This document shows, piece by piece, positions 1-10,317 of a stretch of DNA of 64,000 nucleotides. Position 1 is the stretch's first letter. Each line of letters opens with the position of its first letter. This stretch comes from Erysipelotrichaceae bacterium (GTDB lineage Bacteria > Bacillota_I > Bacilli_A > Erysipelotrichales > Erysipelotrichaceae): the NCBI GenBank assembly GCA_017515475.1, contig JAFWFS010000027.1, forward strand, positions 829-64,828, read 5' to 3'. The translations under genes and the position numbers were made by a program. The notes under the pieces were generated by a model that made no database searches, had not been told where the DNA came from, and saw nothing but the letters and a program-made list of their open reading frames with translations.

Positions 1-787
1 TCTTCTTGAACAGTCTCGAGAAGTAGTTGGCATCCGCGATCCCGCAGTTCTTGGCGATATCTTCCATGCTCAGATCGGTGAATCTGAGCATTTTTTTCGC
101 TTCGGTGATCCTGCGGTTCTGCAGGTAGGTGTTGACTGTTACGCCGTAGGTGTTCCTGAAGAGTCTGGTCAGATAGAACTTGTTGATGTAGAAGATCTGC
201 GACAGGGAATCCAGGGAAAGGTCGTCAGAATAGTGCTCGTCGATATAGTCCCTGATGTCGGAAATGTGGTAGATCGTATTGCGTCCGCTTTCTTCATAGA
301 CCGTTTCTCCCATCAGCAGAGTCAGAAGGTCGTAGAGACAGCCGTTGATCTTCATGTCCCGGATGTAGTCGTCGGATCCCGCAATGGCGCAGATGCGGTT
401 TATGAGGTCCTGGTAGGAATTCTGTTTCCCGCTGATGAAGATGTTGTTTCCGTTTCTTTCCAGGTATTTCCGGTAGATGGAAGAAACGCCCTTTCCATAG
501 AAGTGGACCCACATGATGTTCCAGTTGTCGGAAGAATGGGAATAGCCGCTCCGGCAGTCGATGAAGACGCAGGAGGAACGGTTCAGCCGATATTCCCGGT
601 TCTGATAGGTAAAGGTGCCGTTTCCTTCCAGAACGATCAGGAAAAGAAAGGAATCCAGATCGTTTCGGGAACTGATATGTTTCTTTAAGGACCTGAGTTC
701 TCCCGCTTCCTGCAGATAGATCAGGGAATCTTTCGCGAATTCGCTTGGCGTATAGACGATACGCCTGCTGTCGACGACATTGTTCAT
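1..787 (-). CDS. AraC-family transcriptional regulator; the N-terminus is complete and the C-terminus runs off the window start
   Basis: This ORF is missing from the ORF track because it has no stop inside the window. Reverse-strand translation from the ATG at 785-787 reads MNNVVDSRRIVYTPSEFAKDSL... It ends ...NRRITEAKKMLRFTDLSMEDIAKNCGIADANYFSRLFKK, the classic AraC dual-HTH signature. The N-terminal half looks like a cupin-type effector domain. The + strand ORF 233..688 is its shadow. Confidence 0.85.
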   Translation of the reverse strand, partial: MNNVVDSRRIVYTPSEFAKDSLIYLQEAGELRSLKKHISSRNDLDSFLFLIVLEGNGTFTYQNREYRLNRSSCVFIDCRSGYSHSSDNWNIMWVHFYGKGVSSIYRKYLERNGNNIFISGKQNSYQDLINRICAIAGSDDYIRDMKINGCLYDLLTLLMGETVYEESGRNTIYHISDIRDYIDEHYSDDLSLDSLSQIFYINKFYLTRLFRNTYGVTVNTYLQNRRITEAKKMLRFTDLSMEDIAKNCGIADANYFSRLFKK

Positions 788-874
788 GTCAATATTATGC
801 TATAAAAAGTCAATTTAGTCTATTATCATCAATATTTTATCGGTTTAATATAGTATCTGAGTGAGGTCAATATT
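788..874. promoter_or_regulatory. Divergent AT-rich control region between the AraC-like gene and the gmd operon
   Basis: This is an 87-nt AT-rich spacer between two divergently oriented start codons. A gaggt Shine-Dalgarno lies about 8 nt upstream of the gmd ATG at 875. I could not assign exact -35/-10 boxes with confidence. Confidence 0.4.
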
Positions 875-1963
875 ATGAAAAAAGCGTTAATTACCGGAAT
901 TACCGGACAGGATGGCTCGTATCTGAGCGAACTGCTGCTGGAAAAGGGATATGAAGTACACGGCATCATCAGAAGGTCGTCCGTCGACTACAGAGAGCGC
1001 ATTGCCCATCTGGAAAACGATGATCGTTTTCATCTGCACTATGGCGATCTGGGCGACTCCATCAGCCTGATCAAAGTCATCAGCACTGTCAGGCCCGACG
1101 AGATCTACAACCTGGCGGCTCAGTCCCACGTTCAGGTCAGTTTCGATGTTCCGGAATTCACGGCCGATATCGATGCCATCGGGATCCTGAGGATCCTGGA
1201 AGCCGTCAGGATCTGCGGACTCGAGAAGACCTGCCGTATCTATCAGGCTTCTACTTCGGAGCTGTATGGAAAAGTCGAAGAAGTCCCGCAGTCCGAAACG
1301 ACGCCTTTCCATCCGTATTCTCCTTACGCTGTAGCCAAGCAATACGCCTACTGGATCGTCAGGGAATACCGGGAAGCCTACGGGATGTTCGCGGCGAACG
1401 GCATACTGTTCAACCATGAATCGGAACGCAGAGGCGAGACCTTCGTTACGCGGAAGATTACCCTTGCGGCAGCACGCATTGCCCAGGGCAAGCAGGAAAA
1501 GCTTTATTTAGGCAATCTGGACTCGCTGAGAGACTGGGGCTATGCCAGGGACTATGTCGAGTGCATGTGGCTGATCCTGCAGCAGGATGAACCGGACGAC
1601 TATGTCATCGCCACCGGTGTGCAGCACAGCGTCAGAGAATTCTGTGAACTTGCTTTCAGGCATGCCGGCATCGAGCTGGAATTCAAAGGGGAAGGGATCG
1701 AGGAAAAAGGCTACGACCGGAAAACGGGCAGAGTTCTGGTCGAAGTTTCCAGAGACTTCTACCGTCCGACCGATGTCGTCAATCTTCTGGGCGATCCTTC
1801 CAAAGCCAGAATGAAACTGGGCTGGAATCCGACCGCAACTTCCTTTGAAGAACTGGTCAGACTGATGATTGAACACGATATGAAGAAAGTCGCAGTAGAA
1901 AGGGCGGAGGAACAGATCCACCGCAATCTGGCGGAATATCTGGAGAAAGGCGTGGTGAAATAA
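875..1963 (+). CDS. gmd: GDP-mannose 4,6-dehydratase
   Basis: 362 aa. The N-terminus is [36 protein letters not shown]. Also present are ...ASTSELYG..., [45 protein letters not shown] and [13 protein letters not shown]. Together these are the canonical Gmd SDR signature. Confidence 0.95.
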   Translation: MKKALITGITGQDGSYLSELLLEKGYEVHGIIRRSSVDYRERIAHLENDDRFHLHYGDLGDSISLIKVISTVRPDEIYNLAAQSHVQVSFDVPEFTADIDAIGILRILEAVRICGLEKTCRIYQASTSELYGKVEEVPQSETTPFHPYSPYAVAKQYAYWIVREYREAYGMFAANGILFNHESERRGETFVTRKITLAAARIAQGKQEKLYLGNLDSLRDWGYARDYVECMWLILQQDEPDDYVIATGVQHSVREFCELAFRHAGIELEFKGEGIEEKGYDRKTGRVLVEVSRDFYRPTDVVNLLGDPSKARMKLGWNPTATSFEELVRLMIEHDMKKVAVERAEEQIHRNLAEYLEKGVVK

Positions 1964-1964
1964 G

Positions 1965-2909
1965 ATGATGAACAAAGACGCGAAGATCTACGTTGCCGGA
2001 CACCGGGGAATGGTGGGATCGGCCATTGTCAGACAGCTGAATAAAGAAGGTTATCACAATATCATAACAAGAACGCACAAGGAACTGGACCTGTGCAGAC
2101 AGGAAGAGGTAGAGAGATTCTTTGAAGAAGAGAGACCGGAATACGTCTTTCTGGCCGCCGCCAAGGTCGGAGGTATCGTCGCGAATCAGTCCGCCCTGGC
2201 CGACTTCATGTACGACAACATGATCCTGGAGATGAACGTCATCCATTCGGCCTGGAAAAACGGCTGTAAAAAACTGGAATTTCTGGGCTCCAGCTGCATC
2301 TATCCAAGAATGGCGCCGCAGCCGATGAAAGAGTCCTGTCTGCTGACGGGAGAGCTGGAGAAGACAAACGAAGCCTATGCACTGGCCAAGATCAGCGGAC
2401 TGAAGTACTGCGAATTTCTGAACAGGCAATACGGAACCGACTACATCTCGGTCATGCCGACGAACCTCTACGGTCCAAACGACAACTATCATCCGGAACA
2501 CTCCCATGTGCTTCCAGCTCTGATCAGAAGGTTTCATGAAGCCAAGATCGACGGCCTGCCTTATGTGACCTGCTGGGGCGACGGATCGCCGCTGAGGGAA
2601 TTCCTGTATGTGGACGATCTGGCGGAACTGTGCGTCTTCCTGATGAACAACTATTCGGGGAACGAGACGGTCAATGCCGGGACAGGCAAGGAACTGTCAA
2701 TAAAAGAACTGACCGAGCTGGTTGCGAAAGTGATCGGATACAAGGGCGAGATACGCTGGGATACAAGCAGACCAAACGGCACGCCGAGAAAGCTGCTGGA
2801 TGTATCCAAAGCCACGGCTTTAGGCTGGACCTACAAAACGGAACTGGAAGAGGGCATCGCTCTGGCGTATCAGGATTTTTTGAACAACCCGATGAGGGCG
2901 GAGAGGTAG
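1965..2909 (+). CDS. fcl: GDP-L-fucose synthase (GDP-4-keto-6-deoxymannose 3,5-epimerase/4-reductase)
   Basis: 314 aa. Motifs include [55 protein letters not shown] and [30 protein letters not shown]. The gene starts 1 nt after the gmd stop. Confidence 0.93.
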   Translation: MMNKDAKIYVAGHRGMVGSAIVRQLNKEGYHNIITRTHKELDLCRQEEVERFFEEERPEYVFLAAAKVGGIVANQSALADFMYDNMILEMNVIHSAWKNGCKKLEFLGSSCIYPRMAPQPMKESCLLTGELEKTNEAYALAKISGLKYCEFLNRQYGTDYISVMPTNLYGPNDNYHPEHSHVLPALIRRFHEAKIDGLPYVTCWGDGSPLREFLYVDDLAELCVFLMNNYSGNETVNAGTGKELSIKELTELVAKVIGYKGEIRWDTSRPNGTPRKLLDVSKATALGWTYKTELEEGIALAYQDFLNNPMRAER

Positions 2910-2913
2910 GATC

Positions 2914-4242
2914 ATGAATATCATACTGTTATCAGGCGGATCAGGAACAAGACTGTGGCCTTTAAGCAATGAAACGATGTCGAAGCAGTTCCTGCGTCTT
3001 TTAAGAAACGAGAAAGGCGAGAAGGAGTCGATGGTGCAGAGGGTCTTCCGTCAGCTCAAGGAGACGAAGATCGATGCGAACATCGTCATCGCGACGGGAA
3101 AATCGCAGGTCGAGTCGATCCGTTTCCAGCTGGGAGAAGATACCGATCTGGTGGTGGAACCGGAGAGAAGGAACACCTATGCCGCCATCCTGCTTTCGGC
3201 CGCCTATCTGAAATACAGAAAACACATCGGTGACGACGAATCGGTTCTGGTCCTTCCGGTCGACCCTTATACGGACAACGCCTATTTCAAGACGCTGCAT
3301 AAATTGGATGAAGTCATTCAGAGCGGACGATCGCAGATGGTACTGATGGGCATCGTCCCGACCTATCCAAGCGAGAAGTACGGATACATTATCTGTAAGG
3401 AAGATGAAGGGGATGTCAGAACGGTCACCAGATTCCAGGAAAAACCAGATCTGGAAACGGCGAAACGGCCACTGACACAGGGCGCCTTCTGGAATGCCGG
3501 TGTTTTCGGCTTCAAGCTGAACTATATCATGGATATTCTGCACAAGGAACTGAAAGCGGATTCCTATGAGGAAGTCCTGGAACAGTTCCCGCAGATTAAG
3601 AAGAACAGCTTCGACTATGAGGTCGTCGAGAAAGCCGATTCCATCAGCATGGTCCCGTACCGGGGCGAATGGAAAGACCTGGGTACATGGAACACTTTGA
3701 CAGAGGAGATGCCGGAGAACCACGGCAATGTCGTGACCGGTGAAGGAAACGAGAATGTCAGCATCGTCAATGTTACGGACAAGCCGGTTGTGGTATTGGG
3801 CTTAAAGGATGCGGTCGTCGTTTCCAGCGCCGAAGGCGTGCTGGTTTCGGACAAGGGAAAGAGTTCCTATCTCAGACCGTACGTGGAAGGACTGAACGAG
3901 AGACCTCTTTTCGAGGAGAAGAGATGGGGCAAATACAAGGTCCTGGATCAGGAAGAATACGGACAGGGACAGAAGATTCTGGTGAAGCGTCTGTCGGTCA
4001 GAGCCGGCAAAGCCTTCTCTCTGCAGCTGCACCATCACCGCGACGAGATCTGGATCATCGTTTCCGGAAGAGGTCTGGTAACGGTCAAAGACGAAACGAA
4101 GGAGATGTCTGCCGGTGACGTCGTGAAGATCAGCAAGGGAGAAAAGCACAAGGCCGTCGCCCTGGAGGACATGGATATCATCGAGGTACAGATCGGAGAC
4201 ATTCTGAGCGAGGAAGATATCGAGAGGTTCGACTATCAATGA
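2914..4242 (+). CDS. manC: Mannose-1-phosphate guanylyltransferase with a C-terminal cupin domain
   Basis: 442 aa. The nucleotidyltransferase N-terminus is MNIILLSGGSGTRLWPLSNETMSKQFL. The C-terminal cupin reads RWGKYKVLD...KRLSVRAGKAFSLQLHHHRDEIWIIVSGRG. It sits in the operon with gmd and fcl. Confidence 0.85.
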   Translation: MNIILLSGGSGTRLWPLSNETMSKQFLRLLRNEKGEKESMVQRVFRQLKETKIDANIVIATGKSQVESIRFQLGEDTDLVVEPERRNTYAAILLSAAYLKYRKHIGDDESVLVLPVDPYTDNAYFKTLHKLDEVIQSGRSQMVLMGIVPTYPSEKYGYIICKEDEGDVRTVTRFQEKPDLETAKRPLTQGAFWNAGVFGFKLNYIMDILHKELKADSYEEVLEQFPQIKKNSFDYEVVEKADSISMVPYRGEWKDLGTWNTLTEEMPENHGNVVTGEGNENVSIVNVTDKPVVVLGLKDAVVVSSAEGVLVSDKGKSSYLRPYVEGLNERPLFEEKRWGKYKVLDQEEYGQGQKILVKRLSVRAGKAFSLQLHHHRDEIWIIVSGRGLVTVKDETKEMSAGDVVKISKGEKHKAVALEDMDIIEVQIGDILSEEDIERFDYQ

Positions 4243-5123
4243 GGCTGGGCGGACTAGAGATGGGCGGAACCAAGATGGTCTGCGCCATCGGAGACGAAAA
4301 AGGGGAAGTCCTGGACAGGTACGTGATCGAGACTTTAGAATCCGAAAAGACTTTGCATGAAATCGCGGAGTATTTTTCAGACAAGAAGATCGACGCTCTG
4401 GGGATCGGCAGTTTCGGTCCGATCGAACTCAACAGAGAATCCGACCGCTACGGATACATCACTTCAACTCCGAAACCGGGATGGGCGAATACCGATGTCG
4501 TCGGACATTTCCGTTTTCTGAACGTTCCGATCGGTTTTGATACGGACGTCAATGCGGCCTGCCTGGGTGAAGTCACTGTCGGAGCAGGAAAAGGATTTAG
4601 AAACGTGATCTACGGAACCGTCGGGACCGGGATCGGTTTCGGCGTCTATCTGGAGGGGAATCTACTGCACGGCCTGATGCATCCGGAGACCGGACACATG
4701 CTGGTGAACAGACAAAAAGAAGACAAGGACTTCAGCGGAACCTGTCCGTATCACGACAACTGTCTGGAAAGCTTTGCCAGCGGCCCGGCGATCAGGAAAC
4801 GCTGGGGCAGAAAGCCGCAGGAACTCTATGACAAGAAAGAGGTATGGGAGCTGGAAGCCCGCTATCTTGGAGAAGCCATGGCCAACTGCATCATGTGCTA
4901 TTCGCCGGAAAGGATCATTCTGGGCGGCGGCGTGATGCATGTTCCGGGGCTGATCGAACTGGTCCGTCAGGAGACCTTAAAGGCGCTGGGCGGATACATT
5001 CAGAAAGACGAGATCACAAAGAAAATGGATGAATACATCGTCCTGCCTGAACTAAGCGATGATGCGGGCATCATCGGTGCGATGGAACTGGGAAAACTGG
5101 AGATGGAAAATGAACTGTCTTGA
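4239..5123 (+). CDS. ROK-family hexokinase (fructokinase/mannokinase type)
   Basis: 294 aa. Motifs include GGTKMVCAIGDEKGEV, the ROK glycine-rich segment GTVGTGIGFGVY, and the Zn-binding motif HPETGHM...CPYHDNCLE. The start overlaps the manC stop as ATGA. Confidence 0.85.
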   Translation: MRLGGLEMGGTKMVCAIGDEKGEVLDRYVIETLESEKTLHEIAEYFSDKKIDALGIGSFGPIELNRESDRYGYITSTPKPGWANTDVVGHFRFLNVPIGFDTDVNAACLGEVTVGAGKGFRNVIYGTVGTGIGFGVYLEGNLLHGLMHPETGHMLVNRQKEDKDFSGTCPYHDNCLESFASGPAIRKRWGRKPQELYDKKEVWELEARYLGEAMANCIMCYSPERIILGGGVMHVPGLIELVRQETLKALGGYIQKDEITKKMDEYIVLPELSDDAGIIGAMELGKLEMENELS

Positions 5124-6765
5124 GAGATATGAGATATGGAAACGGAAGGTAGAGGATAAGCAACTTCTGGAAGAGCTGGAACGGATGGATGAGCATCAGA
5201 TCGAAGATGCCTTTTACCGCGATCTGGCATTCGGTACAGGAGGACTAAGAGGCATCCTTGGCGCCGGGAGCAACCGCATGAACATCTACGTGGTAGCCAA
5301 GGCGTCCCAGGGTCTGTCTGAATATCTGAAAGAAAACAGCGCCGAAGCAAGCGTTGCGATCGGTTACGATACCAGGATCAATTCGAAGCTGTTTGCCCAA
5401 ACGGCAGCGGAAGTCTTTGCCGCAAACGGCATCCGGGTCTATCTCTACCAGGAAGCCCTGCCGGTTCCGATGCTTTCGTTTGCGGTCAGGCATCTGAACT
5501 GTTCGGCAGGGGTCATGATCACCGCATCGCACAATCCATCGAAATACAACGGTTACAAGGTCTACGGACCAGACGGCTGCCAGATCACGACCGAGGCGGC
5601 AGGGAAGATCCTGGAGAAGATCTCGGCCATCGACGAATTCGGCGTCGAAAGAAAAGCGGATAGCGAGCTGATCCGTTCTATCGAACAGGAAACGGCTGAA
5701 GCCTATATCGAGGAAGTCAGGAAACAGACATATCTCTATGACGAGGAAATCGACAGAGACATCTCCATCGTCTATACGCCGCTGAACGGAACAGGTCTGA
5801 AACCGGTAAGCCAGGTTCTGAAACAGCTGGGATATACCAGAATCATCACCGTTAAGGAACAGGAAGAACCGGACGGGAACTTTCCGACCTGTCCTTATCC
5901 GAATCCGGAAGTCAGGGAAGCCATGAATTTAGGCATGGAATATGCGAAAAGAAACGGCGCCGATCTGCTGATTGCGACGGATCCCGACTGCGACCGGGTT
6001 GGTGTAGCCGTGAAGGATCGGGACAGTTTTACGATCCTTTCGGGAAACGAAGTCGGCGTACTGCTGCTGGATTACATCTGCGAGAGAAGGAAGGCGGCAG
6101 AAGACATGCCATTGGATCCGGTTCTGATCAAGACCATCGTAACGACGGATCTGGGAGAGAAGATCGCCGAAAGCTATGGGGTGAAGACGATCAATGTCCT
6201 GACGGGCTACAAGTTCATCGGGGAACAGATCTCCCTTCTGGAGAAGCAGGGAAGGCTGGACGACTTCATCTTCTCCTTTGAAGAATCGGACGGCTATCTT
6301 TCCGGAACCTATGTCCGGGACAAGGACGGCGTGAACGGCGCCTGTCTGGTCTGCGAGATGTACGCCTACTACCGCAGCAGAGGCATTTCCCTGAAAGAAA
6401 AGCTGGAAGAAATCGCCCGGTGCTTCGGATACTACGACAGCGTCCTGCTGTCCTATGAATTTCCGGGTTCAAAGGGGTTCGAAAAGATGCAGAACATCAT
6501 GAAGGGATTAAGAGAAAACCCGTTACGGATGATCGGGGAATTCAAGGCTGTCAGATCTCTTGACTATCTTGAAGGCATAGACTCTCTGCCGAAGGCGGAC
6601 GTTCTGAAATATTTCCTGGAAGAGGGAACTACGATGGTGATCCGTCCAAGCGGTACGGAGCCGAAACTGAAGATCTATCTGACGATCTGCGGAAAAGACA
6701 GGAAGGATACGCAAAACAAGAAAGAAACGCTGACTTCATTCGCCGACGGACTGATGGGTGCATGA
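5110..6765 (+). CDS. Phosphohexomutase (phosphomannomutase/phosphoglucomutase family)
   Basis: The catalytic loop is TASHNPSKYNGYKVY and the metal loop is ATDPDCDRVGVAV. FGTGGLRG lies near the N-terminus. I chose the internal ATG at 5110 (MNCLERYEIW...) because a ggag lies about 8 nt upstream. The track ORF starting at 5059 would overlap the kinase gene. Confidence 0.9.
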   Translation: MNCLERYEIWKRKVEDKQLLEELERMDEHQIEDAFYRDLAFGTGGLRGILGAGSNRMNIYVVAKASQGLSEYLKENSAEASVAIGYDTRINSKLFAQTAAEVFAANGIRVYLYQEALPVPMLSFAVRHLNCSAGVMITASHNPSKYNGYKVYGPDGCQITTEAAGKILEKISAIDEFGVERKADSELIRSIEQETAEAYIEEVRKQTYLYDEEIDRDISIVYTPLNGTGLKPVSQVLKQLGYTRIITVKEQEEPDGNFPTCPYPNPEVREAMNLGMEYAKRNGADLLIATDPDCDRVGVAVKDRDSFTILSGNEVGVLLLDYICERRKAAEDMPLDPVLIKTIVTTDLGEKIAESYGVKTINVLTGYKFIGEQISLLEKQGRLDDFIFSFEESDGYLSGTYVRDKDGVNGACLVCEMYAYYRSRGISLKEKLEEIARCFGYYDSVLLSYEFPGSKGFEKMQNIMKGLRENPLRMIGEFKAVRSLDYLEGIDSLPKADVLKYFLEEGTTMVIRPSGTEPKLKIYLTICGKDRKDTQNKKETLTSFADGLMGA

Positions 6766-6835
6766 TGCCGGGGCGGATGAAAAGATAAAAGGAACTATGT
6801 ATAATAAAGTTTAATAAACAGATCGGAGAACGGTT

Positions 6836-7318
6836 ATGAAAGAATTGCTGAATCTGATAGAAAAGGATGCACGCTATGAAACGAAGGATCTTGCGGCTTT
6901 GCTGAACGAAGAAGAAGGCCAGATCGACGAACAGCTAAGACAGCTGGAAAAAGACCACGTCATTGCCGGCTATCATACCATCATTAACTGGGAAAAGGCC
7001 GATCAGGAGATTACCAAGGCCATCATTTTCGTCAACTGCGTTCCGGAAAGGGAAGCGGGATACGACAAGATCGCCAGAAAGATCGCCAAGTATCCGGAAG
7101 TGGAAACGCTGTATCTGATCTCCGGAAAGGCGGAGTTCATGCTGCAGGTCAACGGCAGGACGATGCGCGAGGTTTCCAGTTTCGTGGCGCACAAGCTGGC
7201 TCCGACAGAGGGCGTCAACGGTACGGAAACGATGTTTATCCTGAAGGAATACAAGATCAGCGGTGTCGATCTTGACGATACGAGAGAAGACGGCGAAAGG
7301 TTGCTGGTAACCCCATGA
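6836..7318 (+). CDS. Lrp/AsnC-family transcriptional regulator
   Basis: 160 aa. It has an N-terminal winged HTH (LLNLIEKDARYETKDLAALL) followed by an RAM/ACT-like domain. Its end overlaps the downstream aminotransferase by 4 nt, which is a commonly seen pairing. Confidence 0.8.
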   Translation: MKELLNLIEKDARYETKDLAALLNEEEGQIDEQLRQLEKDHVIAGYHTIINWEKADQEITKAIIFVNCVPEREAGYDKIARKIAKYPEVETLYLISGKAEFMLQVNGRTMREVSSFVAHKLAPTEGVNGTETMFILKEYKISGVDLDDTREDGERLLVTP

Positions 7319-8481
7319 CATTCGAGGAAGAGATCAACCAGACGATACGCTACATCAAGCCCAGCGGGATCAGGAAGTTTTTCGATATCGCCAGCACCAA
7401 GAAGGATGTCGTATCTCTGGGCGTGGGCGAACCGGACTTCATTACCCCGTGGCACATCAGGGAGGCGGCCATTCATGCGATCGAAAAGGGCAGGACTTTC
7501 TATACCGGAAATAAGGGTCTGCTGCAGCTCAGACAGGGCGTATGCGACTACTACAGACGCCGATTTAACGTGGAATATGATCCGGAAGAGAACGTCATCA
7601 TCACGGTGGGCGGTTCGGAAGCGATCGACGTCGTATTAAGAACGCTTATTCAGCCGGGGGATGAAGTGATTCTTCCGACTCCCGCCTATGTCGCCTATGC
7701 GGCGATCATCGAAATGGCCGGAGGTAAAGTCATAGAAGTTCCTCTGGAAGAAAAGGACGAGTTCAAGCTTACGCCGGAAGCCTTCCGAAAAGCCGTAAGC
7801 GACAGAACGAAAGCCGTCATTCTCAACTTCCCGGGAAATCCTACCGGAGGTATCATGAGCGAGGAAGACTATGCGAAGATCGTTCCGATCATCAAAGAAA
7901 ACGGTATCTTTGCGATCACGGATGAGATCTACGCGGAGCTGACCTACGGGCAGAAGCACTGTAGCATTGCGCAGTTCGACGAAATAAAAGACAGAGTCGT
8001 CGTCATCAACGGCTTCTCCAAGGCCTATTCGATGACCGGCTACCGTGTCGGCTACATCCTGGCACATAAGGACATCGTTTCCATGTGTAACAAGATCCAC
8101 CAGTATACGATCATGTGCGCCACGACGCCGAGCCAGTATGCGGCCATTGAAGCCGTCAACAACGGAGACGGCGACATCGAGGTGATGTTCGAGAGTTTCA
8201 GGCAGAGAAGAAACTACATCGTCAAGGAGCTCAACCGCATCGGTCTCAAGACCCACATGCCGCAGGGGGCCTTCTACGTCTTCCCATCCATCGCCTGCAC
8301 GGGGCTTTCAAGCGAAGACTTCTGCGAGAAGCTGCTGGAGGAAGAGAACCTGGCACTGGTTCCGGGCAATGCGTTCGGCGATGCCGGAGAGGGCTATGTG
8401 CGTATTTCCTACGCCTACTCTCTGCAGGAGATCAAACTGGCGATCGAGAAACTGGAACACTTTTTATCCAGATACAGATAA
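7315..8481 (+). CDS. PLP-dependent class I/II aminotransferase (aspartate/aromatic aminotransferase-like)
   Basis: 388 aa. Motifs include SLGVGEPDF, NPTGG, and a GFSKAYSMTGYRVGY segment containing the PLP lysine. Confidence 0.88.
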   Translation: MTFEEEINQTIRYIKPSGIRKFFDIASTKKDVVSLGVGEPDFITPWHIREAAIHAIEKGRTFYTGNKGLLQLRQGVCDYYRRRFNVEYDPEENVIITVGGSEAIDVVLRTLIQPGDEVILPTPAYVAYAAIIEMAGGKVIEVPLEEKDEFKLTPEAFRKAVSDRTKAVILNFPGNPTGGIMSEEDYAKIVPIIKENGIFAITDEIYAELTYGQKHCSIAQFDEIKDRVVVINGFSKAYSMTGYRVGYILAHKDIVSMCNKIHQYTIMCATTPSQYAAIEAVNNGDGDIEVMFESFRQRRNYIVKELNRIGLKTHMPQGAFYVFPSIACTGLSSEDFCEKLLEEENLALVPGNAFGDAGEGYVRISYAYSLQEIKLAIEKLEHFLSRYR

Positions 8482-8494
8482 GGAGATCAGATCA

Positions 8495-9502
8495 ATGAAT
8501 ATCGGTGTATTAGGTGCCGGAACCTGGGGAATGGCTCTCGCAAGGATGCTGGCAAACGACAACTATGATGTGACGGTGTGGTCAGCTCTGGAAAAGGAGA
8601 TCGACGAACTTTCGCAAAGCAGAAGACACAAGAATCTGCCGGGGATGATCATCCCGGATTCGATCTGTTTCACCAAGGATATCGCCGAAGTCTGCAGGGA
8701 CAAGGAGATCCTGCTGTTTGCTGTGCCTTCTCTCTATGTAAGAAATACCGTCAGATCGGCAAGGAATTTCATTCCTGACGGACAGATCGTGGTGGATGTC
8801 GCCAAGGGCATCGAGGCGGAAACGCTTTTCACCATGTCGCAGGTCATCGCCGATGAACTGAATGACGGGGAACATAAAAACGTGAAGATCGTCGCCCTGT
8901 CGGGCCCGACCCACGCTGAAGAGGTAGCACTGGATCTGCCGACGACCATCGTATCGGCATGTTCCGATATGGCTGCCGCAAAGAAGGTACAGGATGTCTT
9001 CATGAATACCTGCATGCGCGTCTACACAAACGACGATGTACTGGGCATCGAGCTGTGCGGTGCGCTGAAGAACATCATCGCTCTGGCTTCAGGCATATCC
9101 GCAGGTCTGGGATACGGTGACAACGCCAAGGCCGCCATCATTACCAGAGGCATGGCCGAGATGACAAGACTGGGCAAGAAGATGGGCGCAAAACAGGAGA
9201 CCTTTGCCGGACTGGCCGGGATCGGGGATCTGATCGTTACGGCTACTTCGATGCATTCCAGAAACAACAGATGCGGGATGCTGATCGGACAGGGAAAGAA
9301 ACCGGAAGATGCGGTAAAGGAAGTCGGCATGGTCGTGGAAGGCATCAACGCTCTTCCTGCGGCGATGAAGCTGATGAAAGTATACGACGTGGAGATGCCG
9401 ATCTCCGCGATGGTCAATGCCGTTGTCAATGAGGGAGCGGATCCGAAGAAGGCCGTTGCCGAGCTGATGGGCAGAGACAAGAAGAACGAGATGAACTATT
9501 AA
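8495..9502 (+). CDS. gpsA: NAD(P)H-dependent glycerol-3-phosphate dehydrogenase
   Basis: MNIGVLGAGTWGMALARML Rossmann start, then LSGPTHAEEVA and CGALKNIIALASGISAGLGYGDNAKAAIITRG. The start was set at the internal ATG at 8495, which has an aggag 9 nt upstream. The track ORF from 8369 overlaps the aminotransferase. Confidence 0.93.
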   Translation: MNIGVLGAGTWGMALARMLANDNYDVTVWSALEKEIDELSQSRRHKNLPGMIIPDSICFTKDIAEVCRDKEILLFAVPSLYVRNTVRSARNFIPDGQIVVDVAKGIEAETLFTMSQVIADELNDGEHKNVKIVALSGPTHAEEVALDLPTTIVSACSDMAAAKKVQDVFMNTCMRVYTNDDVLGIELCGALKNIIALASGISAGLGYGDNAKAAIITRGMAEMTRLGKKMGAKQETFAGLAGIGDLIVTATSMHSRNNRCGMLIGQGKKPEDAVKEVGMVVEGINALPAAMKLMKVYDVEMPISAMVNAVVNEGADPKKAVAELMGRDKKNEMNY

Positions 9503-9517
9503 CGGAGAATACGAACA

Positions 9518-10195
9518 GTGAGACTATTGATTGATGATGCAAACATTGAGGAAATCAGGCGTTTAATGGATCTATATCCGATCTCCGGGGGAACCACCAA
9601 TCCTTCCATCCTGGCGAAATACGGGGATGATCCGTGGACTCTGCTCAAGAAGCTCCGTACGCTTTACGGAGAAGAGAGGGACTTTCACGTGCAGACGATT
9701 GCCATGGATGCGGATGGAATGATCGGTGAAGGCCGGCACATCGCTGAAGTACTGGGAAAGAACACATTCGTCAAAATCCCGTGCATACCGGAAGGTTTCA
9801 AGGCGATGAAGACTTTGTCGAAAGAAGGCTACCGGATTACCGGAACATGCATCTATACGCCTTTGCAGGCCTATCTGGCGATCGAATCCGGGGCACAATA
9901 TGTTGCTCCTTATGTCGACCGCATCGACAACATGGGCTATGACGGCGTTGAAGTCGTCAAGATCATTCAGGACATCATCGACAATAACGGATATGAAGCG
10001 AAGGTCCTGGCCGCATCCTTCAAGAATTCACAGCAGGTTCTGGAACTGTGCGCCTATGGGATCGACAGTGCCACCTGCGTCCCGTCTGTCATCGACAATT
10101 TCACGAACAGTGCCGCAATCCTGGCCGCCGTCGAGAAATTCAGGTCGGATTTCGAAAAAACCGCAGGTCAGGGAAAGACCATGGCGGAACTCTAA
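9518..10195 (+). CDS. Transaldolase-family protein (short TalC / fructose-6-phosphate aldolase type)
   Basis: 225 aa. Motifs include MRLLIDDANIEEI...GGTTNPSIL and a FVKIP segment containing the Schiff-base lysine. It uses a GTG start at 9518. Confidence 0.8.
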   Translation: MRLLIDDANIEEIRRLMDLYPISGGTTNPSILAKYGDDPWTLLKKLRTLYGEERDFHVQTIAMDADGMIGEGRHIAEVLGKNTFVKIPCIPEGFKAMKTLSKEGYRITGTCIYTPLQAYLAIESGAQYVAPYVDRIDNMGYDGVEVVKIIQDIIDNNGYEAKVLAASFKNSQQVLELCAYGIDSATCVPSVIDNFTNSAAILAAVEKFRSDFEKTAGQGKTMAEL

Positions 10196-10212
10196 ACTGC
10201 AAAATACAAAAA

Positions 10213-10244
10213 AACAGGCAAGCATTGTTGCTAGCCTGTTTTTT
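10213..10244 (+). terminator. Rho-independent terminator after the transaldolase-family gene
   Basis: The left arm aacaggcaagca (10213-10224) pairs with tgctagcctgtt (10229-10240) with one mismatch. The loop is 4 nt and a T-run follows. Confidence 0.8.
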
Positions 10245-10317
10245 ATAGCGTGTTTACACAGTTCCGTGAGGAACAAACACTACCCGCTATGCGGGTACGC
10301 GATATATGTTATACGAA

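Noticed and set aside
233-688. 151-aa + strand ORF in the track, with a nested 72-aa minus ORF at 294..512.
   Set aside because: It lies entirely antisense to, or nested within, the clearly recognisable AraC-family gene (1..787, minus). It has no family resemblance and an odd composition (V/D/G-rich). It is a shadow ORF.
8369-8494. Upstream extension of gpsA suggested by the ORF track (start at 8369).
   Set aside because: The extension overlaps the aminotransferase 3' end by more than 110 nt and is Arg/Cys/Trp-rich nonsense. The conserved GpsA N-terminus MNIGVLGAGTWG starts at 8495 with a good SD. The same reasoning was used to trim 5059 to 5110, 20476 to 20530, 30498 to 30531, 32957 to 33026, 35547 to 35625, 53488 to 53584 and 62147 to 62189.
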